Source: Perkinsus chesapeaki ATCC PRA-425 (taxonomy: Eukaryota > Protista > Perkinsozoa). From it: a DNA stretch of 64,000 nucleotides. Where the stretch lies: positions 1 through 64,000 of the forward strand of contig JAAPAO010000095.1 of NCBI GenBank assembly GCA_013115145.1. The letters run 5' to 3'. Of this stretch, positions 12,844 through 24,647 are shown piece after piece. A model generated the notes under the pieces. The model was not told the origin of the DNA and did not search any database. It saw only the letters and a list, made by a program, of their open reading frames with translations. Each line of letters starts with the position of its first letter. The stretch's first letter is position 1. The translations under genes were made by a program, and so were the position numbers.

Positions 12844-12914
12844 GGAAAAGCCGCAACACGCACGTTTTTCGGAAGGCTTTCGCCGAGCAGGGTTTTTCTC
12901 TTTCATCTAAAAGC

Positions 12915-15900
12915 TTACGCCCTAACGAAGTTCATATTATCAGCACAAGCAGCAACACTTAGCGACCATTGAAAAGGGCACGCATATGAATCCGTAGGCT
13001 TGTGGTGGTTGTTGTTGCCCAACATACCTGTATCTGGATCCAACATACAGTTCCTAGTGTATTGAGCTTGTCTTATGATACGTACCATCATTTGACCATA
13101 CTTCACGTACCTATTGTTACGAGTCATAGCACCACTCAACTCAGGCAAGGTCAGGCGGCGGGTATCCCCACTCCGCTATGAACCTCCTGAGCCTTACCCC
13201 TCCTCTGCATCTCTTAGCACTGTGTGGACTTGTGTCAAATACTTCAACAACCCAGATAGATTATTCTGTCTTATAAGACTATTAATGGTGGTTACTTCAT
13301 GATCCAAAAGCACCTACTAGATACAGTACAACACAGCACCTAAGCCAAGACACCACCCCAGTCGGGTCCATAAGTTCTCTATCAACCACAGGTGGTATGA
13401 CACGTGCTGCCCAATGCTCCTTGAATAGATCCAAACAGCGTTGCATAGGTAGATAATAGGATAGCTCGGCCAGAGGTATCTCCTTGGTCTCCTTCACTGC
13501 CGGTCCAGCAACGGTTGATGACTGACTCCCCTCCCTCCCCGCCAGGAGCTTCTCCAAATCAACCGCACTAAACCATAGTGCTACACTGCCATGCCCTGAT
13601 GTTATTGCCTGCTGCTACCTATAACTGACAAGCCCCTCCAACTGCACAGCCATCCGTGACCACGTCTGATGTCTGATGACACCAATGGTCGCCACTACAC
13701 TAGCGGCCTACTCTGTGATGAGGAGCTCTATATTAGCCGGGTCACTAAAATAGTCGTTGAACTTGTCCATCGGCACATACTGCCTCATCACTTCTCCTCG
13801 TACCATTTTATTAGTGGACTCTACCGTACCATTCCCCTATCTCCCATCCCTTTAAAGCCTACTACCTAAATCCCTCCGTATCAGCGATACCGGGTCCACC
13901 ACCCTAGAGGGAGCACGCTGTTGTCGTCTGCCTCCTGCTGGGGATAACGCTGCCTTATGCAGCTTGCAGGCCTTCAACACTGCAGCCCAAGGCAGAGCCT
14001 CTGAGGCAGTTTTTCATGGCAAAGCGTCCCTCTCCTGCCCTACCTGTGGTACTAGGATCCACCCTACAGAGTCGACAAAGGCGCCCGAATAGCTAACAGA
14101 ACAGCTAAATCCACAAAGGCTTGAGAGATACGTATCCGCCCACCAATTTGGCATGAAGTTCGGTTTCGAGGCCATCCACATAAGGGGTCACTGCCAAGAA
14201 ATCACTAACGTGCATTTCGCCCTTCTCCGCATCGGGCACGGGCCGAAGGTTGTTAGCTCCATCCACCAGGGCGCACATTTGGCTGCCTGCTAAGACATAC
14301 CTATCATGGAGCTTTACCGTATCTTGGAAGCCCCCCCCGGTGGTGTACATGTCATTATGGTGTGTTAAGTTAGAGTGTATTCTGTAGAACCATGCGAAGA
14401 TATCCACCAACATATCAGACTCGATACGTTTAACCAGCTCCTCTCGTTCCCATGGCAGAAGTATCTGACCATCCAAAGAGTCATGAAGGACCATCAGTTC
14501 GTGTGCCCGGTGATCAGATTATATTTAAAGTTTCCTCGGCTGATCGGATCCCTGTTTACTCCAGCACCTTCGTCCACAAAGCAGCCTTGAAATCTACTAC
14601 GGAAGCTTTCCTCCATTGGACACATAACATAAACTTTACAAGGAAAAGCAAAACAGTACACATTGTCCTCCGTGCCCACCCATTCCAGATCATCCTGCCC
14701 CCCGGCATCCTTATGCCCAACCGGTGGTATTATCCGCGGCCTCCAACACTCCACAAACAACCTCTGTAGCCTCTCAAGGAGCTCCACATGCTTCCTCTCC
14801 TCCACAGGCACCACTGTGAACCGAGCGTTCTCCGCTTCCCTCGCTGTCAGCCTCGCTGAGGCCCCACCAATCCCTCCGAATGCAGCATTAGCCTCCTACC
14901 CGCCCTCAACTGTGCCTCCTCCGCCTGCCGTTCCAGAAGGGCCTTCAGTCGCTCCCTTCGCAGTCGAGGGTCAGCTAATCGCTCAGGATGGAGCCAATAA
15001 AAACTACCAAGCCATCGAGCCACCGTGCCTCCCTACCCCTAGGGCTACCTGTCAGGGTCAAGATCGGCCTCAGTAAGCTTCTTAGCATTAGACGCAACAA
15101 CGCTGTATGCCGGCAACTCGAAGCCCTCCCCTAGAAGATGCTCCACACCAGCAGACCGAACCTGCTCAGGAAGATATAAATGCCAATCTTCCTTATCGGA
15201 GCACATCCCATATTCCTGCTCCGACCTAGAAACATACTCCCTACCAAAACTGCTACTATTCACAATGACCCTCGGTCACCAGATTGGAGAAACTTCCACG
15301 AGGACGCACCTTAAGCTCGGCAGCTTCAGGCCTCCGCTGTGAAATCCTCAGAGCACTGTGATCATAAACTTTCCTGGAGGGTTTCAGAGCCTCGTGCAGC
15401 GCCCCTCTGCTAGCCCTTGACACCACACTACGTAGCCAAGATATGCCTATTCTGCCAACTGAGGACAGGACCTCCACACCCGCCAGATATTCTCCTATTA
15501 CACCCCTCTCCATCATCACGCACTGCTTGCGAGCTCTCGATCTGCTGCAATAGGGCATTGTGAACATCTACATCACACTCCACAGGAGTAGGGTCCTCTA
15601 GGATATACTAAGGTCAACACTCTAGCCACCAATGGGCCAGTATAGCAGCACCAACAGCTCACCCCTGCAGCTGGCCGACGCCAGTCGGATGCCGCGTAAC
15701 CAATTGGCCTGTGGGCACCTTCAATCAAAACAGCCTTCTTGCCTCCCTGAGCAGCAGCAGAAACATGTAACCCAGCCAAAGGGGCCCTCGGTACCTGCTG
15801 GTCTGCTGGTGATGAGGAATTCCCCCAACCTATATCGATCATCCCTTCTATTATAACCCTCCTTCGTGGACCATTACCACTATTGTACTCGAGACGGTCA

Positions 15901-16268
15901 TATCTACATCGAATGGAGATATTTCTAGTAGTAGGTATGTGGTTACGCAGTGATAGGAGGGCTTGTTGGCTTCAATAATCGTTGGGCATGTGCTGCCGAT
16001 AGCTGTACCCCTCGCCTTCCACTGGGCGACATGCATTAAACTAAATACCTTACTTAACAGACTCGAACACAACAAAGACTAGCCATTATAGCGACGACGA
16101 CTGCTGCTGAAGCCTTTCATAAGGAGATTAATGGCAACGACCTCGATGCTGCCTTTCGCCGCCGACCATCATCAATAGGACACCTTCGATCCCCCCGTGC
16201 AGTCCCATGCGGGGCTAGTAGGAATTCTTAACGACGTAAAAGGGTCATTGCCATTGGATATGAGCATA
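12915..16268 (-). CDS. Uncharacterised multi-exon protein (possibly two genes)
   Basis: Open segments 12915-13148, 13297-13557, 14105-14814 and 15045-15567 are bounded by GT/AG sites and have protein-like composition; no family recognised. Confidence 0.5.
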
Positions 16269-17181
16269 TGAATTAGAGCTGGTCTTTAACCACACGTCGA
16301 CTATCAACTACGTAGTTAGCAATGACAAAGTTCTATACAGCTTCCTACGTATCAGACGGAAGTGCACTTGAAGTTATTCCACAGAGGCTTCCCAGCATTA
16401 ATTATACAGGCCACTACATTTATATAGCATCTCCTCCTGGAATGGATCCGGTCTACGAAAGTCGGAGCTTGCGGAATTAATCATTTCCAGTTTTGTAAGC
16501 ACCGGGTGTGACCACCATCCAACAGAACGGTAGTTCTACCTCTTTTCTGCGACATTGATCTCTACTGTGAACTTCCAAAAAGCTTTACATCCGTCGAGAA
16601 TTCTTATGAATTCTTGTTGAATAAATATGCCTTAAAATTGACATCACACAAATAAACTGCCTTCACTCCATAGTAAAAGTCTACAAGTCAACAGCAGGAG
16701 GAGGAGCAGGAGGAGGAGGACGAGGTCGATTCTGCATCGAGCCAGGACGTATATTAGGGAGGGCTGCCTGACTTTGACCCACTGCATGCACTTCGTCGAT
16801 CGTATTACACAGTGGTATGAACAATACCAGGAATAGTACCTTAGCATTCTCAGTAAGCGACGCTTCAAGTTGCGCCGATCTCGAGAGGGACAACTTGCAC
16901 AAAGGCGGCGACATGAACAGGAAAACAACTGACACTCAGGACCTGATATAGAGCTAATCAAAGTATAAAGCCTTACCATTGGAAGTAGCAACTCCGCTAC
17001 TCATATACAGTAACAGGTAAATAATTCTAAGTAAAGAGGGGACTGCCATTTACACTGTTAAATTCTGGTGCGGACCGTGCTCCACGGCTAGCGCTAGCGG
17101 CGATAAGTTCTCAGTGCAGTCGGTAGTTTAACCTTCAAAGTATCTTAGCCTTACCTAGTTTATTTAATAAGATTCTTCCTC

Positions 17182-18091
17182 ATGGCTAATAAAGGGTTTG
17201 TTCCAACATTTAAAGACCTTTACCATGCAGCAGATGGTGAGAGCTACAACTGGAGTAATGGTATGTTCACCGATTGGTGTAAAGATCCTTGGATTGCTTT
17301 GGTGAGTCATTACACCATCATGGATTTCATTTTTGCACTGATAATCGGCAGGCTATTAAGTGACCGTGAAATACACCAAAGCCTCTAGATCATGAACCGA
17401 AAATATCGAAATGGTACTTCAACGATATATCGAGCACTTCGAGAACCGGCTGGCTTTCACTCATAAAATTTGACGACCAGAGGGCTTTGCTTCCGGACTT
17501 TACGTATAAGAGGGCTTTGGTGTTACACAGTCAGATTTGAAGTTGAATAACTCTCAATCTTTCCCATCGAACCTATTCAGGGATCCTTTTTCTGCATACC
17601 ATGCGCTCGTGGTATGTTAACCCAGAAGACAAGTACCGGAGACTTCCTGCCTTCTTGCCTCATGAATTGCGTATGTCCATGCTTTGCCGATTGCAGTCAT
17701 AATATAGCAGCAAGGCAGCAAATACGTGATGAATACGGTGTGCAAGGTGAGGGGTACTTGGTGATATCTCATACCGTATTCTTATTATCAGGGACAATAT
17801 TGGAGGATTACTGTCTGTTGGGTTGCAGGCCTTGCTCAGCCGCACAGGAACTCAACCAATTGGGAGTCAACTCTGACGTCATCGAGAGTGACGTAAGCCC
17901 CCTTAATAGTTTCAGCTGCCTAGAGCGGATGATAGGTACGACAAGCTGTTGACAACATGAGAAGCAGCAAGAACACCCCAGACACCAGCACACACCAACA
18001 GGCTTTCGGCCAGGCCGCTGCCGGAAGCTCGCCAAGCACTGCTCCAGCAACAGCTGCTGCTCCTGTACAGGATACAATGAATGCCGCATAA
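17182..18091 (+). CDS. PLAC8-family cysteine-rich protein, paralogue 1
   Basis: WSNGMFTDW, FFCIPCARG, CLMNCVCPCF, RQQIRDEYGVQG, LEDY..GC.PCSAAQELNQL; ends PVQDTMNAA*. Confidence 0.88.
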
Positions 18092-18376
18092 GCTCGGCAA
18101 TAGCCATTATTGAATCACCACCAACTTCGATGGGTTGTTCACTTCCTTAGTGCCACTAAGGAGTATATTTTACATCCAAATGACCACCCCAAGTGTTTCC
18201 AGCTCAATCTTGATTTGTGTTCAAAAGTTTGCAAGTGTTATTTCGTTAGTCGAGTAAGTCTGAGGACAATGAAGGGCCCATAAGACGCGGGTCATCATCT
18301 GTGGGTGGTTCAGGGAGTTTGTAATGCAACCAGCAGAGGCTCACCTTAACTTAGCCATACCAGTCACATTACCGCT

Positions 18377-19005
18377 ATGTCTAATAACCCCGGATTCCAG
18401 CATACATTTGATGAACTCTATGAACCTGCCGATGGCAAGGACTATAATTGGACCAATGGTCTCTTCAGTGGATGGCTTAGCAACGTCCCGGTTTGCATGG
18501 TATGCGTTAAGGTGAGCCAGCAGCAGCAGGTGGTCACTGCTACTGTTAGGCCTCTTTATGCTGCTTTTCCTGCTCTCGTGGATATCTAACCGCCAAGGCC
18601 GGTGGTAACTTCTGGCCGTCATGCCTAATGAACACCCTTGGATGTGGACTGGGTGATTGCAGCCATAATATTGTGGCGCGCCGATCTGTTCGTCATCAGC
18701 ATGGTATCCAAGGTAGGCTGTACGATAGTAATGATTAATCCATTGCCGATTATCATCAGGCACAATTGTCGAGGATTACTGCCAGCTAGCTTGCTGCCCC
18801 GCGTGCTCTGCTGCCCAAGAACTTAACCAACTAGGTGTCACTACTGATATGGTTAAGAGTGATGTAAGTGCCAGGTGTTGTGGTATCTCTGTATTGTTAT
18901 TATTAGTATCGTAACCGTAAAACAATGGCATCAACCACTCCCCTCGAGACCTCGGCTGCGCCTACTCCTGTGCAGACAGCACCGGTTCAGGACAATATGA
19001 ATTGA
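18377..19005 (+). CDS. PLAC8-family protein, paralogue 2
   Basis: WTNGLFSGW, RRSVRHQHGIQG, VEDYCQLACCPACSAAQELNQL; ends PVQDNMN*. Confidence 0.88.
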
Positions 19006-19442
19006 TATATCTTGATCATTATTTTCATCTTAGTCGATCCGTGGCACATGCCCGACTTTTGATAATCCTTTCTTATTGCCAATTCCCCTTGAGTTTGTAA
19101 AGAGAATTTCACACATGTCCACTCGTTCTCAGAGCTAATCTCAGAGCAACAGGCCAATACCGATACTTACAGTCTTGCAAACACCCCGGGCCTGAACGAT
19201 CACAGCAGTGACTGCTAAATGTGTGGCCGCGTACGCTTGGGCGAGCGCTAAAGTTTTAATGCAATGTGCAGGAACATTGTTATTGTCGCTTGGCGCTTCC
19301 GTGTCTCAGATAGGGCGATAGCTCTGCCCTGGTTCCTGAGTCTTCGCCAGTCAGCCCACTCTTTGCTGTCTGGACGTCTCAACGATTCCTCTTTCGGTGT
19401 CTCATGCTGCTCGAATTGAATGAGTTCAGTTGATCTTTAATA

Positions 19443-20031
19443 ATGTGCTCCAAGTTCATCCCAACCTTGAAGGAGCTCATCTCAGCAGCTGATGGTAAGG
19501 ATGATGGATGGAAGAATGGTCTCCTCACTGGTTGGATCAAGAACCCTCCTATGTGTTTGGTAATCCTATCCCCCTTCTATCATATAAGCCTGTCATTCAG
19601 TTCGGTTGCTGCTGTCACCCCTGCGCTCGTGGTGTTGTCGCCGCCAAGACCGATGACTCCTTTTTCCTGGCCTGCTGCATGAACTGTTGCTGCCCAGTGT
19701 GTGCTCACTGTAGCCACAACCTGCCCATGAGGAAGGCTGTTAGGGAGAAGGACAGCATCAAAGGTAATCAGCCCTCAGACGTCTTTACCGTTAGTGTATC
19801 TCTTTAGGGGACATCAGAGTCGATTGCTGTGCCATGGAAATGTGTACCTGCTGCGCCGTGACCCAGGAACTCAACCAACTCGGCGTCAAAGCCAACAAGG
19901 AGAACTTCGAAGCTGTAGGTTTGCTCTAGCATTATGCTTGTTCACAGCCACTTGTTCAGGCCAAGGCTGGCTTAGGTGAGGAGGCCGATAAAGCGAAGGC
20001 CGAGGTAGCCCCGAAGCAAGAGAGTATGTAA
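19443..20031 (+). CDS. PLAC8-family protein, paralogue 3
   Basis: WKNGLLTGW, GCCCHPCARG, CCMNCCCPVC, RKAVREKDSIKG, VDCCAMEMCTCCAVTQELNQL; ends PKQESM*. Confidence 0.88.
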
Positions 20032-20166
20032 TTGAAGTGTAGATTGAGAGCATGATAGTGTTGACTGTGACTCGCCACGGACTGCATTGGCAGGTGGTAT
20101 GTCACTCAGTGAGTTAACCGTTCATTGTTGTTGTGTATTGGGAGTTATTGGGGTCACCAGGGTGGA

Positions 20167-20931
20167 ATGTGGTTTGGGATGGAGGACGCTTCATCACTAG
20201 ACCGTCGGGCGCAGCTTCTCGCCGCTGGAAGGAGGCTGAGGGCAACGCTAACGGGTTTATCGAGGGGAGCTGCGAGCAGTAGCACTGTAGACAGCAGCTC
20301 CATTGGGGCCTACTCGGATGAGCCGTCGATGGCATTGGGCCAAGACATTGAGCGCTACTTTACGGAAGGTTAGGAAGCAGGCAGAGGCTACCGTGGAGCT
20401 TCAGTGTCCTCAGGGGACTCCTCCACTGGGAGAGATTCAATGCAGCTGGACGACATTACACCAGATGGCTTATCCTCGGCAGCTCAAGGAGGATACACTT
20501 GTACACCTGATAGCCCACCTGTATCTCCACCTCACCGTCGAGTATCGGTGCCGAGGATACCCATTGCTGGTCTACCGGTTAATCATCAAGGATCACCGGA
20601 GAGAAGTGTGAGTTCCTCGTCCGTTGCTTGCCAATGCTATCCGACTTTGGAGGAGTCCACAGCAGAGCTGCTCCGGTCTGAGCTTACTACTGTGATGGAC
20701 CAGCGCCTGAGGAGACTGGAGCAATCTCTGACTGAACAACTGGCTTCACATGTGGGGAGGATTGAGGAACGATTGTTCGGTCTAGAGAAGGCTATGAGGA
20801 AGCTTCAGCCGGGTACGGATAGAGCTGCTTTGCACATTCTATTATGTCTCGTGTTCCTGTCAGGTGCTGAGATGAAACCACAGGTGTGGCGCATAGTGGA
20901 TATTTGGCAAACTTCAAAGCATGCTTCCTGA
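20167..20931 (+). CDS. Hypothetical Ser/Pro-rich protein with a short coiled coil (about 3 exons)
   Basis: ORFs 20125-20373 and 20404-20931 join through short introns; heptad-like LRRLEQSLTEQLASHVGRIEERLFGLEKAMRKL. Confidence 0.5.
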
Positions 20932-21342
20932 ATCACCAATGCTTGTCGAGCTGGCATCGATGGCTATTGAAAAATGCAAGACCTCTTTTACTGAGGCGAG
21001 TATTTCGGTGACTCGAAAACGCTCGGGACTTCCTCCGCCTCGATAGGCATTGACAATGGGCTGCTCGGACATCGTCTGGATTTACAATGGGAATCGGGAA
21101 TTGGATGGGAGGGCACTCGAACTTCGAACTGCTGTCTGCATCGGGCGTCAGCTGCTTCCAAAACAAGACATCGACGTCGGATATTATCGCTACAATCTAT
21201 CAGTAATTCCTCGGGCAGCATCGATTCTCTTCCGCTATGTGCAGCTTATACGATGATATAGATCGAAACAACAGTAGCCTCGTCGCCAAAGTTAGTTAAC
21301 ATAGCGCATTTTTCGACCCTTGCTTCGCAGCCTTTATTTCCT

Positions 21343-24306
21343 ATGCCCCCGGGGAAGCCTCGAGGTTTCCGGACGAAGCCATCGACGGCAATTATGAGTG
21401 ATGGGAAGCAGTCGCTGCGTCATGACTTCCCTCGTCCACTGTCGAGGAGGGAGCAAGACTTCCTACATAGGGAAATGGAGCGAGAGCTGATGAAAGCTCC
21501 ATCTCTACTATCAACGAGCTTCCCTCCTACTCAGCTCCTTCCAAAGCTAACAGCAATCTCCTATCACTCTAAGCTGGCCTTGTCCCTCGAGCACGCGGTG
21601 AAGGCGAGCGACGATGATCTCGATAGGGTGCTCAAGAACGTGTACGATGTCGTTGAGTCGCTGGATTCTCGAGAGCATCTTTCTTCGCCTGACCCTCGTC
21701 TGCAGGGGCTGCTGGCCCGAGTCAGCAACCGAGTAGACAAGTCATCGGTCGACACACTGTTTTACGCTGCCATGCTGGGCTATAGTATCGGCCGTTTCAA
21801 CTGCGATCAGATATTCGAGGAGATATTGTCGGTTCGTCGAGTCTACGAGCTGCGGCCATTGGACTTGGTTAAGCTATTCCGCGCGAGAGCCTCGAGAGGA
21901 ATGCCGACCGACAGGGAGTGGCAAATCCTGGCGTCTATGGTGACGAGCGACATTCGGCTGGAGGCGCTGGTGCCCCTATTGGAGCTACTGTCTCACGCGA
22001 AGGTCGAGGAGCCTACTTCGTGGGAGCAGGCTCTTGCATCCCTATCATGGCTCACCTTGGCTGTGCCGGAGTTTCTTGCTACACTCAGTGCACTAAAGGA
22101 TTGCCCAGATGTGAACCTTGCCGCCAAGCACTGCGCTCGGGCTGTAAATGCGTTAGATGAAGGCCTAGTCTACGAGCTCCTATCCCTATCCGACCGAGAC
22201 ACTCTCCTGTTCACACTGGCCATCCTGAAGCACAGGTTCGAATCCCAGGTCCTCTGCCCTCATCCCTTACAGATTGAGGTGGCCGACGGGCCGGCTAGGA
22301 TGCTAGCGAGGAGACTGGCTTCCGACATGAACCTCGAGCAGGCAGCGTTCCCCAGAATGTGCCGAGTTTCAATGGCCCTTGTACAGCTCGGTCGGTTGCC
22401 AGATTGGACGGTGAAGGCCATCGAAAGTCGCCTTGCTTCACCAAGGCTTCTTCTCCTTCCTTCGGCTGGTGTTCAACCCACCGACCTCCTCAGTCTATTG
22501 TGGGCGCTTCATCGGTGGCCTAATGCCTGGCGTCGACGGCCCGAGTGGGGGGCACCTAACGGCCTCGGCGCGCAACTCCATATGGCACTTCGAGCGCACC
22601 TTACTGCCGGTACGATGACAGCGAGAATGCTACTAACCGCCGTAGAGTGTTTGGCATCTATCACTACTAGACGAACCAAGCCGGTGCTTCTCGATGCCAT
22701 GCGAGAGGCTGCTAGGCTAGCACTGGAGGAGGGAGCTGATCTCACTGTTAATGAGGTCTGCATGGCCGCCACTACCTACACTGTTCGGTTGCAGTTGGCC
22801 GCTATAGAGCCTCAGACGGCTGTTGGGTTCCTCCAACTTGTCCATCAGGCAGGCCTGGACAAGCTCACAACACCACAGCTTGCTGACCTCTGCGAAGTAC
22901 ACTCGCATTCCCGAATCATAACGGGGCTTCCAGAGACCCTCGACCGGCTTGCGAAACGGCTCGAGAATACGGGCGGTCTGATTGCCCCTGCAGTAGCTGC
23001 CAGAGTGTTGGTCTCCGGTGCCAAGATGCAAATAGCAGCACCTGAGGGGTTGATACTGGCCCTTGCCAAGGCCGTTAGTGCTACCGATACTTTACATCCA
23101 AGAGTGGGGGCTCGTAGCTTATGGGGCATCATAGCTTGGCTCGCCGGACGGAAGGGTGAGCCTGGCCTGCCAGATGAGGTAGAGAAGTTGGCTTTGGCCG
23201 TAGCAACTAGGGAGTCTATGGAGACTGTGCTGGAGCATAGAGGCGTCTCGGGCATGCTGTGGCAAGCTCTAAGCTTACCGCAGACAGATCCAGTCATCCG
23301 TGAGGCGTTGGAGGGGTACAGGCATCACTTGCTAGCATTAGATCAGATCGATGAATACAAACTCATCCAGTCGGGGCGCGTTGATATTGATGGGTTGTTG
23401 GAGCAGGCGGGCCTTGGTCGAAGTGAGGAACTTATAGCTGGGGAGGACAGACGACCTCAGCTGCCTACTGGATCGGGGAAGCCAAACCCAGACCAGGGTT
23501 CCATTGAACGTCTTCATGAATTCAAATTTGATCTAGCTCTGCCTGATGTCCCCACGGTGGGAGAAGGATCTCTGCCTGGCATTGTAGATGATGACGACGG
23601 GGACCTTCCCGAGACGCTGAATGACATGCGTCACATTCTGGGGGAAACGTCATGGAGGGAGCTGGTCCAACTAGATGACGAGGGCATGCCACCTTCGAAA
23701 GGCATTCAAAGTGCTTCTGAGCATCGCTTGCCCGAACTCACTGAGGAGGATCTCGACTCGCCAAAGGACGCATCCTATCTGGCCGGGCTCCGAGCGGCGG
23801 CTTTAAAGCGAACCCCTCGAGCAGCATTCCCTAAACTTCAGGGGCTCATGGCTGACATCCTCAGCGCTCTTAAAGTGTGTCAGAAGCTGCCTCGGTTGGA
23901 GAATGAATTAGATCACGAGTGGCACAAAGACAGTGGAGGTTTTGAGTATGCGCCGAGACTGCATGAACAATTTGATCTGGATTGGCTGCACAAAGGCGCC
24001 AATATTGGTATACGGGTTTTGGGCCCGAAAAGTTTCGCACTTGACGACCAGCGGCATCTCCTCTGTGATGCTAAGATGGCTGCATTACAGTTTGAAGGGC
24101 AAGGCATTCACGTTATAATTGTGCATTCGGATGACCTATCGGCAGCATATAAAGCTGGCGAAAGTGAGTTGAAGAAAAGAGTGAGACGCGCCAACCGTCT
24201 CCCTGAGACTTCCGACAGCTGCGCTACTCTGCGGCGAAACATCAATATTGTACTCGGTGTGGAGGAAGGGTTTGCCGAGCATTCAGTGTGCCTTCATGAA
24301 TCGTAG
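21343..24306 (+). CDS. Intronless helical-repeat protein with C-terminal divergent RAP domain (HPR/OPR-RAP-like organellar RNA-binding protein)
   Basis: 987-aa ORF with repeated helical units (PTDLLSLLWAL, TTPQLADLCEV, APAVAARVLVSGAKM, HPRVGARSLWG) and FDLDW...IGIRVLGPKSF...AKMAALQFEGQGIHVIIV at about 23971-24140, resembling RAP. Confidence 0.7.
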   Translation: MPPGKPRGFRTKPSTAIMSDGKQSLRHDFPRPLSRREQDFLHREMERELMKAPSLLSTSFPPTQLLPKLTAISYHSKLALSLEHAVKASDDDLDRVLKNVYDVVESLDSREHLSSPDPRLQGLLARVSNRVDKSSVDTLFYAAMLGYSIGRFNCDQIFEEILSVRRVYELRPLDLVKLFRARASRGMPTDREWQILASMVTSDIRLEALVPLLELLSHAKVEEPTSWEQALASLSWLTLAVPEFLATLSALKDCPDVNLAAKHCARAVNALDEGLVYELLSLSDRDTLLFTLAILKHRFESQVLCPHPLQIEVADGPARMLARRLASDMNLEQAAFPRMCRVSMALVQLGRLPDWTVKAIESRLASPRLLLLPSAGVQPTDLLSLLWALHRWPNAWRRRPEWGAPNGLGAQLHMALRAHLTAGTMTARMLLTAVECLASITTRRTKPVLLDAMREAARLALEEGADLTVNEVCMAATTYTVRLQLAAIEPQTAVGFLQLVHQAGLDKLTTPQLADLCEVHSHSRIITGLPETLDRLAKRLENTGGLIAPAVAARVLVSGAKMQIAAPEGLILALAKAVSATDTLHPRVGARSLWGIIAWLAGRKGEPGLPDEVEKLALAVATRESMETVLEHRGVSGMLWQALSLPQTDPVIREALEGYRHHLLALDQIDEYKLIQSGRVDIDGLLEQAGLGRSEELIAGEDRRPQLPTGSGKPNPDQGSIERLHEFKFDLALPDVPTVGEGSLPGIVDDDDGDLPETLNDMRHILGETSWRELVQLDDEGMPPSKGIQSASEHRLPELTEEDLDSPKDASYLAGLRAAALKRTPRAAFPKLQGLMADILSALKVCQKLPRLENELDHEWHKDSGGFEYAPRLHEQFDLDWLHKGANIGIRVLGPKSFALDDQRHLLCDAKMAALQFEGQGIHVIIVHSDDLSAAYKAGESELKKRVRRANRLPETSDSCATLRRNINIVLGVEEGFAEHSVCLHES

Positions 24307-24460
24307 TTTCTGGAACTTGATCGACTGTTGTGTTGGAGTAGCTGAATCATCGTTATCGGATTCCGTGGAAGCGCTGGGCTAGCACAGTGCAATCTGGTCA
24401 GATGTACACTGTAGGCCATCGAAGGCGGTCCCGGAAACGCAAAATATGGCTACAAAGCTA

Positions 24461-24532
24461 GGGCTGTGCCGAGAATTGAACTCGGGACCTCTCGCACCCT
24501 AAGCGAGAATCATACCACTAGACCACACAGCC
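24461..24532 (-). tRNA. tRNA-Pro(AGG)
   Basis: GGCTGTG acceptor stem, anticodon arm CTCGC-TTAGGGT-GCGAG, T arm CCGAG-TTCAATT-CTCGG, T4 run shortly downstream. Confidence 0.96.
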
Positions 24533-24647
24533 GATACGCTCAATATAACCGCTCGTGACTGGTGGGGGCGCTGTATTGATCCACTGAGTAACCCAACGAT
24601 GCACGATGCCGACATCAAACGTGGGACAATTCAGAGCATGCGATGGT

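Noticed and set aside
16644-16991. Small - strand ORFs as a CX9C or membrane protein
   Set aside because: Several splice solutions give unrelated peptides, so no call can be supported.
22225-22255. B-box-like GGTTCGAATCCC
   Set aside because: No T-stem pairing or cloverleaf; it lies in coding sequence.
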